Positions 49,001 through 57,790 of a DNA stretch of 64,000 nt are shown piece by piece; the stretch's first letter is position 1, and every line of letters begins with the position of its first letter. The translations under genes were made by a program, and so were the position numbers. The notes beneath the pieces are model-generated. The model did not search any database. It was not told where the DNA came from and saw only the letters and a list, made by a program, of their open reading frames with translations. Source of the stretch: a virus; IMG/VR virus record IMGVR_UViG_3300023223_000599, positions 1 through 64,000 of that record. One strand, 5' to 3'.

Positions 49001-49561
49001 TACTGTCCATGGCGCGGTGCCAGTCAATGGCACTCTGTGTTGTTGTTCATAAGGGCCAACAGTTTTTCCATCAATAATTGGCTGACTGACAACCGCAAAT
49101 GATCCGCCAAAGGGCTGAAGCTCAATCTTAAATTGAACACTTGTGCCAACAATATCACCTTTTTCTGTTTGTAAAAACAAGCCACTTGTTGCAATCTTTA
49201 CCCTTACGGCATCAATGTCCTGATCAATAACGGTAAAAACAGCGGGTGAACTATCCGTGATAGCTTGGCCAACGGCCACTTCTGATTCACTGTCAGCGAA
49301 TCCGGGAATAGGGTCTTGGTCAGAGGCGCCCACACGCTCGATGAGTTCAACGCCATCAAAATTAAATGAGTTGTCTGGATTTTGTAGAGGTACTTCATCG
49401 AAAAAAACTCCCTTAGCTCCATCAATGAGCCCATCAATTTCACCTTCGGAAATCAAATCAATTATACGTGCAACAGATTTTGATCTGAGCGTGTTGGGCG
49501 CTTCTTGTGGGACATATGGCGCTTGTGTCCGGCCACTGCTTCCTTTAGATCCTTTTATCAT
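46016..49561 (-). CDS. host-specificity / central tail fibre protein (lambda gpJ-like)
   Basis: 1181 aa. The N-terminus GSKGSSGRTQAPYVPQEAPNTLRSKSVARIIDLISEGEIDGL is typical of gpJ. It follows the gpI-like gene. Confidence 0.85.
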   Translation of the reverse strand: MIKGSKGSSGRTQAPYVPQEAPNTLRSKSVARIIDLISEGEIDGLIDGAKGVFFDEVPLQNPDNSFNFDGVELIERVGASDQDPIPGFADSESEVAVGQAITDSSPAVFTVIDQDIDAVRVKIATSGLFLQTEKGDIVGTSVQFKIELQPFGGSFAVVSQPIIDGKTVGPYEQQHRVPLTGTAPWTVRVSRITPDSTDPKLKNALSLPGYTEVIEAKLVYPDSALVALKLDSQLFGGRLPRRSYKIKGVKIRIPTNYDPLTRVYSPSFWDGTFKVEWTDNPAWVFHDILVERRYGLGDFIDLDQVDKFALFEIAQYCDELVPDGFGGTEPRFVFNGMINTRQEAYALVNAIASVFRGMAFWSAGAVTASQDAPKDVSRLVAPADVLNGDFVYEGSSLRAQHTAALVTWNDPADNYRPAIEVVEDQVLIQAGRGWRPVEVAAYGTTSRGQAARMGKWILDSEKNETETVRYVAGFDHADTQPGEIIAISDPVRAGAQLGGRIVSISGTDVTLDRNYDVDTGDEILLQMDDDTIETITLSGNSAPNIVTLASPPTATTVINSMFLIKKTTAVPEEWKIISNRQIEDNQYEIVALRHDETKYDRIELGINLDPAPTSLFPKGALLPVTNLTVTESLYKSNNAIKTRLSISFTPSIDPRATIYRVEIKKPENNFQILQISPASTAEFLDAEIGLWDIAVTALADGNEFGSDSSRVEVLDFEVFGKTAPPPDVQNFVGDRRDNGILLTWDAVDDIDLVGYDIRQGADWETAKIIVEGLVATTLFVPLDSNAQEIFLIRAKDTLGILSINVTSVNTTVSPPPGVQDFFMLSQDSNVYGTWSAVPGSLIEYEIRFGETWESGQFLLRTNSTELTTLFPIKDVGQVRFHIKSISTAGLFSDDAAFFVLGVAPVVNRNEILQRDEQALGWPGIKNNVEVVSTNLLLKEISPGVSSVYGEYSVLVDLGQNWRARNWIETRAILVAAGALIWDDATFSWDSPQANVPWLPTADLEAGTLIASLAPEGPLPASLAEGWKLESDLIGVVSATAPIESLGVSHVTARYRDGLQMTPFTKVAWTFAIPTVFSLVMTIKYDEIPINDVVYYSLNSPTGWIELGFDASTSEIYLEDELGNRLAVIPQITVDQFAIVGMSQDATTRRLFVREIETGTTLTDSGLIGSIGSIDTIALHAV

Positions 49562-50217
49562 GTTGCTATATCCTCTGAATTGAGGCTTGCATTGATAACC
49601 ACTGAGCCCACCAACATTTCACCGTAGACAAGTGGAACGGGGCCCCCTTGCTCAACGTTGTTGACGGCTCCATTGAAAATAAAACTTGCCCGTTCTTCTG
49701 GTCGCTCACGATTCGTTATTGATTGCGCCCTTAAGCTTGGCACCTTTGTCAACATGGTGGCCACGCCTGATAAGGCAAGGCTAACACCAATGGCCGCAAC
49801 TGTTCCAGTTTCAACGCCAAGAATCGTTGCCGTAACACCTGCAGCCGCACCACCTGAAACAATGGTTGCTGCTACAATTAAAGCCACACCAACAATCAAT
49901 TGAATGGCACCTTTTTTCTTACCATCGCCACCGCCACCGGAACCCTGCAAAACGGGTTCAATATGAATCTCATCACAACCTGATTTCATTGCAAGGAAAT
50001 CTTCATGGGAAGGCTTAAAATCTGATGAATAGGAATGACCCTTGCCCTTTGAAGATCTCTTTTCAACCTTGTAAAGACCATCTTCAATAGCCTTATAAAA
50101 TTTACCTGAAAAATTAGCTTCCATCGCTCTAATGGCTTGGGCAACAGAATTCACATCAATCATGAATTCTTTGCCAAACTCCTTAGCAAGTCTTCCATAG
50201 AGAACTATTTTTTTCAT
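49558..50217 (-). CDS. tail assembly protein (lambda gpI-like)
   Basis: 219 aa with a Gly/Ala-rich hydrophobic centre. The C-terminus is FIFNGAVNNVEQGGPVPLVYGEMLVGSVVI. Confidence 0.75.
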   Translation of the reverse strand: MKKIVLYGRLAKEFGKEFMIDVNSVAQAIRAMEANFSGKFYKAIEDGLYKVEKRSSKGKGHSYSSDFKPSHEDFLAMKSGCDEIHIEPVLQGSGGGGDGKKKGAIQLIVGVALIVAATIVSGGAAAGVTATILGVETGTVAAIGVSLALSGVATMLTKVPSLRAQSITNRERPEERASFIFNGAVNNVEQGGPVPLVYGEMLVGSVVINASLNSEDIAT

Positions 50218-50921
50218 CCCTCATACCTTAAGCAGTATTTACAATATTTTAGCCAGCGACCAATGGGGTCACGTTTGCTTAGTCGGTCATATAAATGATG
50301 CAAAACAAGGCCTTTGCCAACATAGATCCCAACATGATTCACTGTGTTGCACAAAATTGTTGCCGCTACAACATCGCCAATTTGCAATTCATTCTGTGGA
50401 ATAACTCTAAACCCGGCATCTTTGAAATTTTCTACATTTAGTAAATCTCCGCCATTGTACCACCATTCCTCATCACGGGGAAATTGAGGAATTGTTATAT
50501 TTTTTTTCAATCTATAATAATCACGCACAAGACCAAAACAATCATAAACGCCATGGATAAATGGCCTTCCCAACAATGGCTGAATGGGACACTCATCACC
50601 AAACCATGAAATTCCTGTGCATTCTTTACCATCTGTTGAAAATACTCCCCAAGGAACAGCGCTTTCTATTTGTGAAATCATATCATGCGAAGAAGGTGAT
50701 GCTGTGCCATCTGGATGACTGTGAATAACTGCTTCAAGAATCCCGCCGGCAAACTCTTCGATCTCGGCCTGCGACATGCCTATTTTAAAAGTATTCTCTG
50801 GATCGTCCGACATATTGATAAGTTCAAAGTAATTCCCTTGAACAACAACGCCACAACACTCTTCAGGGTATCTTTTTAATGCGTGTCTGTGGGCATTGTC
50901 CACAACTGCCTGTGTAAACAT
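50214..50921 (-). CDS. tail tip protein (lambda gpK-like; JAB/MPN + NlpC/P60)
   Basis: ECCGVV...HSHP is the MPN part. VYDCFGLVRDYY...NHVGIYV is the NlpC/P60 Cys-His part. Confidence 0.8.
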   Translation of the reverse strand: MFTQAVVDNAHRHALKRYPEECCGVVVQGNYFELINMSDDPENTFKIGMSQAEIEEFAGGILEAVIHSHPDGTASPSSHDMISQIESAVPWGVFSTDGKECTGISWFGDECPIQPLLGRPFIHGVYDCFGLVRDYYRLKKNITIPQFPRDEEWWYNGGDLLNVENFKDAGFRVIPQNELQIGDVVAATILCNTVNHVGIYVGKGLVLHHLYDRLSKRDPIGRWLKYCKYCLRYEG

Positions 50922-51661
50922 TATCTTGTTCTCGCAACGGATGGGAAAAATCGACCCGGAATTCTACCATCAGCAATATCGTCAAATCTAAGCTTGCAAT
51001 CTGACAATTTCTTGCCACAAGCATCTTCATTAGGATCTGCTGTTGATGAGCCATCGGCTCTAAAAAATGGGTCTTCAGCACCGCCTTGAACCTCATCCCT
51101 TCCAACATATGGGCATGTAGCGCATGAATAATCAAAAGAGTTTTGTGATATCACAAACTTTCTATATTCATGGGTGCATGTATCCCGCAAGATTTGCCTA
51201 GCTGGAAGAAGCCGCCCTTCTTGGTCCATGGCCGCCGATAATTCAAACTCAACAAATATCTTGTTTTGACTTTTCTTTCTTTCGACCACGAAAACATCAG
51301 GAATAAAATGTTCATCTGGGTCCGGTGTGGCCCCGTCATCAAGATATGTTTCAAATGTAACCCAACGGGTCACCTTAGCGCCCAACGGGTCACCAATGGC
51401 GTTAATCACAGCGCTAGGTAGCAATAAGACATTAGATATTCTAAGAACAGGTGTTGGCAAAGACCCACGCCCCGATCTCTCGAACCCTTCGGCATCAATA
51501 GGAATTGGGCTGTAAGCATTGCCCTTCCAATTTAGCGGCTGTGGTTCTTGAAAACCTGAAACGAAACGAAAAAATGACCCACCCAAAGCAGTGGCATCAA
51601 AGTCGAACAATTCAATCCTTCTTCCTGGATTGAGTTTTTGCTTATCTGCTGCAATAGCCAT
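50921..51661 (-). CDS. minor tail protein (lambda gpL-like)
   Basis: The Cys cluster DTCTHEYRKF...CATCPYVG...CGKKLSDCKLRF is typical of gpL. Confidence 0.8.
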   Translation of the reverse strand: MAIAADKQKLNPGRRIELFDFDATALGGSFFRFVSGFQEPQPLNWKGNAYSPIPIDAEGFERSGRGSLPTPVLRISNVLLLPSAVINAIGDPLGAKVTRWVTFETYLDDGATPDPDEHFIPDVFVVERKKSQNKIFVEFELSAAMDQEGRLLPARQILRDTCTHEYRKFVISQNSFDYSCATCPYVGRDEVQGGAEDPFFRADGSSTADPNEDACGKKLSDCKLRFDDIADGRIPGRFFPSVARTR

Positions 51662-52024
51662 TTAAAATTGATCCTCTCCGAACCACCTTTTAAACGTTGC
51701 TGAGAATGTTGATGAAAATCCTGCATCAGGGTCAACGCCATAGCCTTCATTGACGCGCCAAAGCTTTGGCGTTACTTCGCCGGGGGGAATCCAAAAGAAT
51801 GTTTTGTGACCGGCAAGGTCATCAAAAAATGTTGTCAGAAAATCAACGTCAACTTGGTCTTCATTCTGCCAAACCAAATCCCATGATTCCCTAATGTTAT
51901 TGATTCCATCGGCTGCAGCTTGTTCATATCCATCACCAAATTCTGATTCAAGAACTTTGAATGTCACGCTTCTTCCTGGTGAAGCTTGATGAGGCGGCGG
52001 GTTTAAGAATGTTGGTGATGCCAT
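51662..52024 (-). CDS. minor tail protein (lambda gpM-like)
   Basis: 120 aa with FGDGYEQAAADGINN...W.LVW. It sits between the tape measure and the gpL-like gene. Confidence 0.75.
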   Translation of the reverse strand: MASPTFLNPPPHQASPGRSVTFKVLESEFGDGYEQAAADGINNIRESWDLVWQNEDQVDVDFLTTFFDDLAGHKTFFWIPPGEVTPKLWRVNEGYGVDPDAGFSSTFSATFKRWFGEDQF

Positions 52025-54955
52025 TTAAAATTGCTCCTGTTGATTCATCATGCCACCGGGTCGCATCTGCTCTCTCATCAATCGTGTGAATTCTTTTGTG
52101 ATTGTTCCCTTGATAACTTTTGCAACCCGTTCATTTGCAGCTCTGTCTTCTGATGCTGACCCACTACTGCCTTCAGTCGTTACATTGATCACGGGGGCAA
52201 ATACAATATTTGAACCACCTTGTTTCGATCTGACCGGCGCTGTCAATGCGGGGGCGCTTGTTGGGAAGTTTCTGCCCTTGCCTGAATTAATAGCTTGCAA
52301 CAAAGGCTTGAATTTCTGGGCTGATTCAGCGTTGATAACAAATTCTTTATTGCTCAAGAAAGCGGGGATGCTGTCAGAGGTTCCCGATCCTTTCCCTATG
52401 ACTTCGCCACCATCTCTAAAACCAAATACACCGCCTGGGCCAAAGAGATCAGAAATCCCACCTCCTGGAACTGCTTGTATAGATGTTTCCGGTTTCCCAC
52501 CACCAAATCCAATAGCGGTCAAAAGGTTTTTGAAGATCAAAGTTCTAACAACAAGCCTTGTCAAATCTTCTGAAAGAGATTGCGCAAACTGTGAAAAATT
52601 AAACTTACCTGTCTTAGTGAATTCAACAATGGCATTCTCAGCATTTCCAAAAGCTCTTGTAATCACACTTTCAATTTGATCCGCGAAATCACTATACGAT
52701 CTAGAAAGTTTCAATAAGCTTCTTTCAATACCGGCACCAAAATCTGTTTGAGTTTCTAAGAGTGTAATTCTTAAATCTCTTTGAGCTTCGGTAAATTCTT
52801 CAGCGCTTATCGCTCCCAGTTGATATAAGGTGTTGATAGCTGCAAGGTCTTCTTTGTATGTTTCCATTGGCCCGCGTAGATCATTGATGATATCGGTTTG
52901 TCTTGCAATCCCTTGATTGGTCAACAGCAACTTTCTGAATCCGTCTTCTTCAACGTCATTTAATTCACGCTTCAAAGCTTTTGATATTTTCAACAATGCG
53001 TTTTCAATTTGTCTTTCACTGTTTGTTAATCTTAACAAATCACCCCGAATCAAAAGAGAATCGATTTCTTTATCAAGAACGGCGCCTTCAGCAAGTGCTC
53101 TTTTAGCACTTGCTTCCTTGGCTTCTTTTGCAGTTCTTAATTTAGCAGCATTTTTTGCACGTTCTAACAACGAATCAATACTTTTTTCAAATGTATCACT
53201 AAATTTAAGGGAATTTGTAAAGCTCTCGACTATAGCCGAAGCAAGTTTTGAAGCCTTACCTTTTGCAGTGTTTTCCAATTGGGTGAGGTCAACAAGTTCG
53301 ATACTTACTTTTGGTAATCTGTTAAGAAGCTTGATCACTCCATTGACTGTATCTGTAACAATTCTAAGAACGCCATTGAAAGCTTGAAAGAAAAGATCTT
53401 GCAATGCAGGAATCAACAATTTGTAATTGTCTATTATTATTAATACAGGTGAGACAATAAGACCGATGAATTTATCCATTGTTCGAGCAACGAATCTTAA
53501 GAAATTCCCGAAATTTAATTCAGTATCTGTGAAAAAATCTACAATTGACCTTCCTAGATTTCCAAAAATATCAATGAAGAGTTTTCCAAATAATTCAATT
53601 GATTTTTTTAAATCATCAATTATGACACCGAAAAGATCGCCTAAATTGGCAACGCCATCTCCACTCAACTTTATCTGTTTTTGAAATAGAATCAATGCAG
53701 CGATAACAGCCGTCAAAACAACAAGTAAAATCCCTATTGGATTAGCTAAAATAACAGCTTTCAATGCTATCCATCCTTTAATAAGAAGTGCAAGAATTCC
53801 CCCTTGCGTGACAAGTGAAACCGAAACTGTTATAATTGCCAACCTAAGTGCGACGAATATTTGAACGTTAGATATTATTACAAAATATGCAGTTGTTGCC
53901 ACTGCAACAACTATCAATACTTTTGCAAGTTTGGCAAAGTTTTCAGCGAGAAAAATAATGGCTTTAGAAATAGTTCTTGAAACCCCTGTTAACTCATCAA
54001 ACTCACCAATGAATTTTGTTACATTGTTTCCTAACACCGTGAAAGCTTGGCCAATTGTTGAAACTGTTTTATTAAATTTTGTCTGAAGCTCAACACGGGC
54101 TTCCTTAAAGGCTTTTAAAATGACATCTGCAGTGATCTTACCTTCTGCGCCCATCTCTCTTAATTGGCCTCTTGTGATGCCCAAACTCTTAGAGATGACA
54201 TCAGCAACCGCGGGCAATTGCTCCAACACTGAACGCAATTCATCACCACGTAAAGCGCCGGATGCAAGGCCCTGTGATAACTGGATCAATCCAGCGTTTG
54301 CTTCTTGGGCACTGGCACCAGACAAAACAACGGCTTGGTTCAAACTCTCAGTGAAATCTAAAGTTTGTTTCTGTGATATGCCCAAATCTTTCACGGCCAA
54401 AGCAGTTCTTGAAAAAACTTCAGCTGTACCCGCAAAACTGATTCTTGTTTTATTCGATATCTGAAATAATCTATCCGTGACATCGGCAAGTTCAGCTGTT
54501 CCAGTTGTCACAAGCTTTAATCTGTTTTGAATGTTTGTGAATGTGTCAGCGAGGCGAATTGTTCCGCGAATGATTGCAGCGCCACCAAGAGCGATGAGCC
54601 CACGCCTTAAAAATCTTGTGAGCCCCGATGATTCTTTTGCTTTTTTACCCAATCTCTCAACGGAATCAGATACTTTGTCAACACCGCCTGCAGTTGTGGC
54701 AACCTTCCTTGTGGCAAGGCCCAAACCAGCCATCTTCTTAGTTGAAAGATCGGCGCTTGAAGCAATACCCCTCACGTTTTTTTGAATCATCCCAATTGCC
54801 GTAGCTGTTCCGCCGCCAATAGATTTCAATGTTTTATTTAATTGATCAACTTCATTTTGTGACTGAAGTGCAGCTTTACCAATAGAACGAATGTTGCGCT
54901 CAACAACTCTTGCACCTTGTTCGTTAATGATGATATCAGCACGTTTTTCAACCAT
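52025..54955 (-). CDS. tail tape measure protein
   Basis: 976 aa, helical and Ala/Leu-rich, with a hydrophobic central block (VVAVATTAYFVIISNV...ILLVVLTAVIAALILF). It lies downstream of the chaperone genes. Confidence 0.9.
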   Translation of the reverse strand: MVEKRADIIINEQGARVVERNIRSIGKAALQSQNEVDQLNKTLKSIGGGTATAIGMIQKNVRGIASSADLSTKKMAGLGLATRKVATTAGGVDKVSDSVERLGKKAKESSGLTRFLRRGLIALGGAAIIRGTIRLADTFTNIQNRLKLVTTGTAELADVTDRLFQISNKTRISFAGTAEVFSRTALAVKDLGISQKQTLDFTESLNQAVVLSGASAQEANAGLIQLSQGLASGALRGDELRSVLEQLPAVADVISKSLGITRGQLREMGAEGKITADVILKAFKEARVELQTKFNKTVSTIGQAFTVLGNNVTKFIGEFDELTGVSRTISKAIIFLAENFAKLAKVLIVVAVATTAYFVIISNVQIFVALRLAIITVSVSLVTQGGILALLIKGWIALKAVILANPIGILLVVLTAVIAALILFQKQIKLSGDGVANLGDLFGVIIDDLKKSIELFGKLFIDIFGNLGRSIVDFFTDTELNFGNFLRFVARTMDKFIGLIVSPVLIIIDNYKLLIPALQDLFFQAFNGVLRIVTDTVNGVIKLLNRLPKVSIELVDLTQLENTAKGKASKLASAIVESFTNSLKFSDTFEKSIDSLLERAKNAAKLRTAKEAKEASAKRALAEGAVLDKEIDSLLIRGDLLRLTNSERQIENALLKISKALKRELNDVEEDGFRKLLLTNQGIARQTDIINDLRGPMETYKEDLAAINTLYQLGAISAEEFTEAQRDLRITLLETQTDFGAGIERSLLKLSRSYSDFADQIESVITRAFGNAENAIVEFTKTGKFNFSQFAQSLSEDLTRLVVRTLIFKNLLTAIGFGGGKPETSIQAVPGGGISDLFGPGGVFGFRDGGEVIGKGSGTSDSIPAFLSNKEFVINAESAQKFKPLLQAINSGKGRNFPTSAPALTAPVRSKQGGSNIVFAPVINVTTEGSSGSASEDRAANERVAKVIKGTITKEFTRLMREQMRPGGMMNQQEQF

Positions 54956-55386
54956 TAGAGAAGTTTAATCCTGTCGCCTGCTTTCATTCCATTTAAAATC
55001 GCTGCCTCAATAAAGAACTTGGGCGCCTGCGCCGATGTTCCGTTATTCAAATCAAGGATGTAATCAACATTGTTTGAAATATAAATGGCATCACCTTCTT
55101 TGCTCGATCTAATCACAGATTTCCCATGATCTAATGCGGCCTTTGCGTTTTGCGTTTCACCTTTTCCAAGGCCTGAACCAGGGGCAAATGGCGCCCTTAC
55201 AAGTCTTGGGAAGTCTACCGTTGAAACAATCCAGTTTGAACGGGCCCTTCCTGTGTCAACCGGCGTGCTTATAACCAACTGTTGATCAATCGCCAATGCA
55301 ATCAATCGAATGATTTTATTTACATTCTTAGGTATGTTATCCGCTGTCTTGAATAAGTCTCTTCCCAAGTCGGAAAGATCGCCCAT
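54955..55386 (-). CDS. HK97 gp10-like head-tail/tail-completion family protein
   Basis: 143 aa. LVISTPVDTGRARSNWIV matches the VDTG.lR.S motif of that family. Its position between GT and the tape measure is unusual. Confidence 0.55.
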   Translation of the reverse strand: MGDLSDLGRDLFKTADNIPKNVNKIIRLIALAIDQQLVISTPVDTGRARSNWIVSTVDFPRLVRAPFAPGSGLGKGETQNAKAALDHGKSVIRSSKEGDAIYISNNVDYILDLNNGTSAQAPKFFIEAAILNGMKAGDRIKLL

Positions 55387-55718
55387 TAGCCACTCTTCTC
55401 TCCATAATGTTTTAAGTAAACCTCGTCCATCATTCTAATATAATAGTACATGTCGTCGGCTTGATTTTCTGAAATATCAACCATTCGGCAATAATCATTA
55501 ATCGCTGTCCAAGGTATTTGTCCTTGATCCATGCCAATTGGTCGGCAAGTGCTTAATTCCATAAAAGCATCATAAAAAAGCCCCAAAGTAAAATCTAACT
55601 CTGGGGCGTTTTGAATTGCTTCAGGATATGGCATGCCCTGCCTTATACACTGATTGATAATGAATTCTTCGGTGGGCCCTTGCTCTAATCCATAGGCAAG
55701 AACCGCCGTTAGTTTTTT
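55386..55718 (-). CDS. T-frame extension of the tail assembly chaperone (GT fusion made by -1 frameshift)
   Basis: The -1 frame relative to G is open from 55721 and passes through the slippery site. It runs in frame into the track ORF 55386..55634 (reads ...KKLTAVLAYGLEQGPTEEFIINQCIRQGMPYPEAIQ...). Confidence 0.75.
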   Translation of the reverse strand, partial: KKLTAVLAYGLEQGPTEEFIINQCIRQGMPYPEAIQNAPELDFTLGLFYDAFMELSTCRPIGMDQGQIPWTAINDYCRMVDISENQADDMYYYIRMMDEVYLKHYGEKSG

Positions 55719-56155
55719 GCGTTAGCCTCGCGTACTGATGCCAAAAACAAGTTTTCTTTTTCAGCCTGACTTCTAATGTCTTGAAAAACATCAGGAAGAT
55801 TCTTGAATGTCTTCAAGAGATTTTCCTTGTTGACAGTTAGCAATTCATCAGTTCCTTCTTGCTCAATACCAGAAACCCAAGTGTCTTTTTCTTTGTCTGT
55901 GCATGTTTCCCAGTTCACAACGATTGCTTCAGCATATGCTTCCATCAAGATTGCTGTGGCTGTTTCGAGATCGATTTTCTCTGTTTGAATCGCTCTCTTA
56001 TGTGGTGTTCTGATACGGTCAAGGGCTTTTTCAAACCTCTTATTGGCGCCTCCTGCACGTGCAACTGTCACACGGAAATTGTCGGCGCTGTAGTTTAAAA
56101 TGACGCCTTTTTTCTCAGCGTCTTTATCTGTTTTGAATGCGGAATATAAACCCAT
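55709..56155 (-). CDS. tail assembly chaperone (lambda gpG-like)
   Basis: 148 aa between the tube gene and the tape measure. It ends GCA AAA AAC TAA. Confidence 0.75.
   Translation of the reverse strand: MGLYSAFKTDKDAEKKGVILNYSADNFRVTVARAGGANKRFEKALDRIRTPHKRAIQTEKIDLETATAILMEAYAEAIVVNWETCTDKEKDTWVSGIEQEGTDELLTVNKENLLKTFKNLPDVFQDIRSQAEKENLFLASVREANAKN
55712..55718 (-). promoter_or_regulatory. -1 programmed ribosomal frameshift slippery heptamer A AAA AAC
   Basis: The plus strand reads gtttttt at 55712-55718. On the coding strand A_AAA_AAC lies immediately before the G stop codon and fits X_XXY_YYZ. Confidence 0.75.
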
Positions 56156-56180
56156 TATATAGTTCTCCTTTTATGGTGTT

Positions 56181-56210
56181 AAAAATACTCGCCGATTATT
56201 AAGCGGCGAG
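56181..56210 (-). terminator. rho-independent terminator after the tube gene
   Basis: Coding strand reads CTCGCCG-CTTAATAAT-CGGCGAG, a 7-bp stem whose loop contains the TAA stop, followed by TATTTTT. Confidence 0.65.
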
Positions 56211-57767
56211 GTTTGGTAAAAAGTCATAGAAGACCATCATTAAAGTATGGTCTAAGTTTGCATCGATCTTGGCACCACTGGCGGCTTCTGTCACCAAGGG
56301 CAAGATCACGGGTTGATCTTTCTCAACCGTTGGCCGTCCATCGCCAAGAGCAATCAAGGGAAGGTCAACACTAATCCCTTTGTTTTGTTTCACAAGTGAA
56401 TAATCAAGTGTGATGTCATCGTTGTTGTTGACGGCGTCAACCGCTGTCACACTGGCGAAATAAGCGCTGATGTTTCCATTCACAACAAAGTCACCGGCAC
56501 TCACATCGAAGGCACCCAAAACAGCAAGCGCCTTATTGGGAATGATTCCGTTGTTGATTGTCAAAGTGAAATCTGTCAAGAAGGCAAACAAAGGTGTTGG
56601 CGCTTCATCTCCAGGTGTCACAATGGACATCTTGAATCGTGAATAATCTGAAGTTGTGTTGAATGCATCTGCTTCAACAAGTGCGGGGCGGTCACCGGGC
56701 TTAAAGCCAACGGCGCCGGTTCTTGTTGTGCTGTTCGTTGCAACAAATGACAAATCAGCGGTCAACTTATCAGCGGTTGGTGAATTCAAAGTGAGCTCAT
56801 TGGCCACGGCGCCTTCAAGATATTCAGATTGAATTTCTGAGGGCAATGCTTGATCGGGAACGCCAAGTGTTCTTTCAAGGTTGTAAGAACGGCGCTTGAT
56901 TAATGTTGGGTCACTTTCGTTTTTGAGGACACGGCCAAGGAACAAGCGAATGTCTAAAGCCGTTCCTGTTTCAACTACCATTGTTTTATCTGACTTATCA
57001 AAAGTCAAAAGGTTTGTAGCGATTGAACGAATGCGCTTGAAACCATTGTTTTCAGCGTTCACAAATTGATTTACACCGGCATCTCCGCCAATAAAAATTG
57101 TTTCACCTTCGGTCAATCCCAAAGTTGTGAAATCAAGAATTGTTGATGAAAGTGCGGGAAGAGTTCCGGATACATCAACATCAATATCGGCTGTAGCTCC
57201 TTCATGGCCCACAACAACAATCTGTGCATCAGAAGGGGGCGATGCCTCGGCAGCAAGAACGCCATCCGCAACTTCAACGCTTGTGTCAGCGACAATTGCC
57301 GTCACAACATTAACGCTATTATTTGCTGAATCAGCAAAGTTTTGACCTTGAATAAGTGAACCAACAAAGAAGCCAGTTGTAGATGCCACTTCGTATTCAT
57401 CGGGGTTACCCGCATCAATATCAACAGCGGTCACCAATTCTTCACCTTTACGGCGGAAATCAGCGAAGAAGAAACCTTGAAGAAGGTCTTGAATATTTGT
57501 TTGGGTCAAGTCGGTGTTGAATCCACCTGAAGCATCCAAGTCGACAACCACACCCTTTTTTCTTTGACGTGAAGGGTTGATGGGGGCACGTGCAACAAGG
57601 CTGCGTTGGCCACCAAAATCTGAATAACTGTTGGGCTCTAAAGGACGCCAAACAGAAGCACCCGCTGTTGGAGGTGATGTTTCTTCATTCAACTGTCCAA
57701 TGCAGGCTTCTTCAGCATAACGAAGTCCTGTTGTATTACTATCAATTTTGTTTACTACACCAACCAT
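56199..57767 (-). CDS. major tail tube protein (positional call; unusually large)
   Basis: 522 aa, between the tail-terminator-like gene and the G/GT chaperones, and followed by a terminator. Good AGGAGA Shine-Dalgarno. Confidence 0.6.
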   Translation of the reverse strand: MVGVVNKIDSNTTGLRYAEEACIGQLNEETSPPTAGASVWRPLEPNSYSDFGGQRSLVARAPINPSRQRKKGVVVDLDASGGFNTDLTQTNIQDLLQGFFFADFRRKGEELVTAVDIDAGNPDEYEVASTTGFFVGSLIQGQNFADSANNSVNVVTAIVADTSVEVADGVLAAEASPPSDAQIVVVGHEGATADIDVDVSGTLPALSSTILDFTTLGLTEGETIFIGGDAGVNQFVNAENNGFKRIRSIATNLLTFDKSDKTMVVETGTALDIRLFLGRVLKNESDPTLIKRRSYNLERTLGVPDQALPSEIQSEYLEGAVANELTLNSPTADKLTADLSFVATNSTTRTGAVGFKPGDRPALVEADAFNTTSDYSRFKMSIVTPGDEAPTPLFAFLTDFTLTINNGIIPNKALAVLGAFDVSAGDFVVNGNISAYFASVTAVDAVNNNDDITLDYSLVKQNKGISVDLPLIALGDGRPTVEKDQPVILPLVTEAASGAKIDANLDHTLMMVFYDFLPNLAA

Positions 57768-57790
57768 GATTTTCTCCTATCGGATTTACT

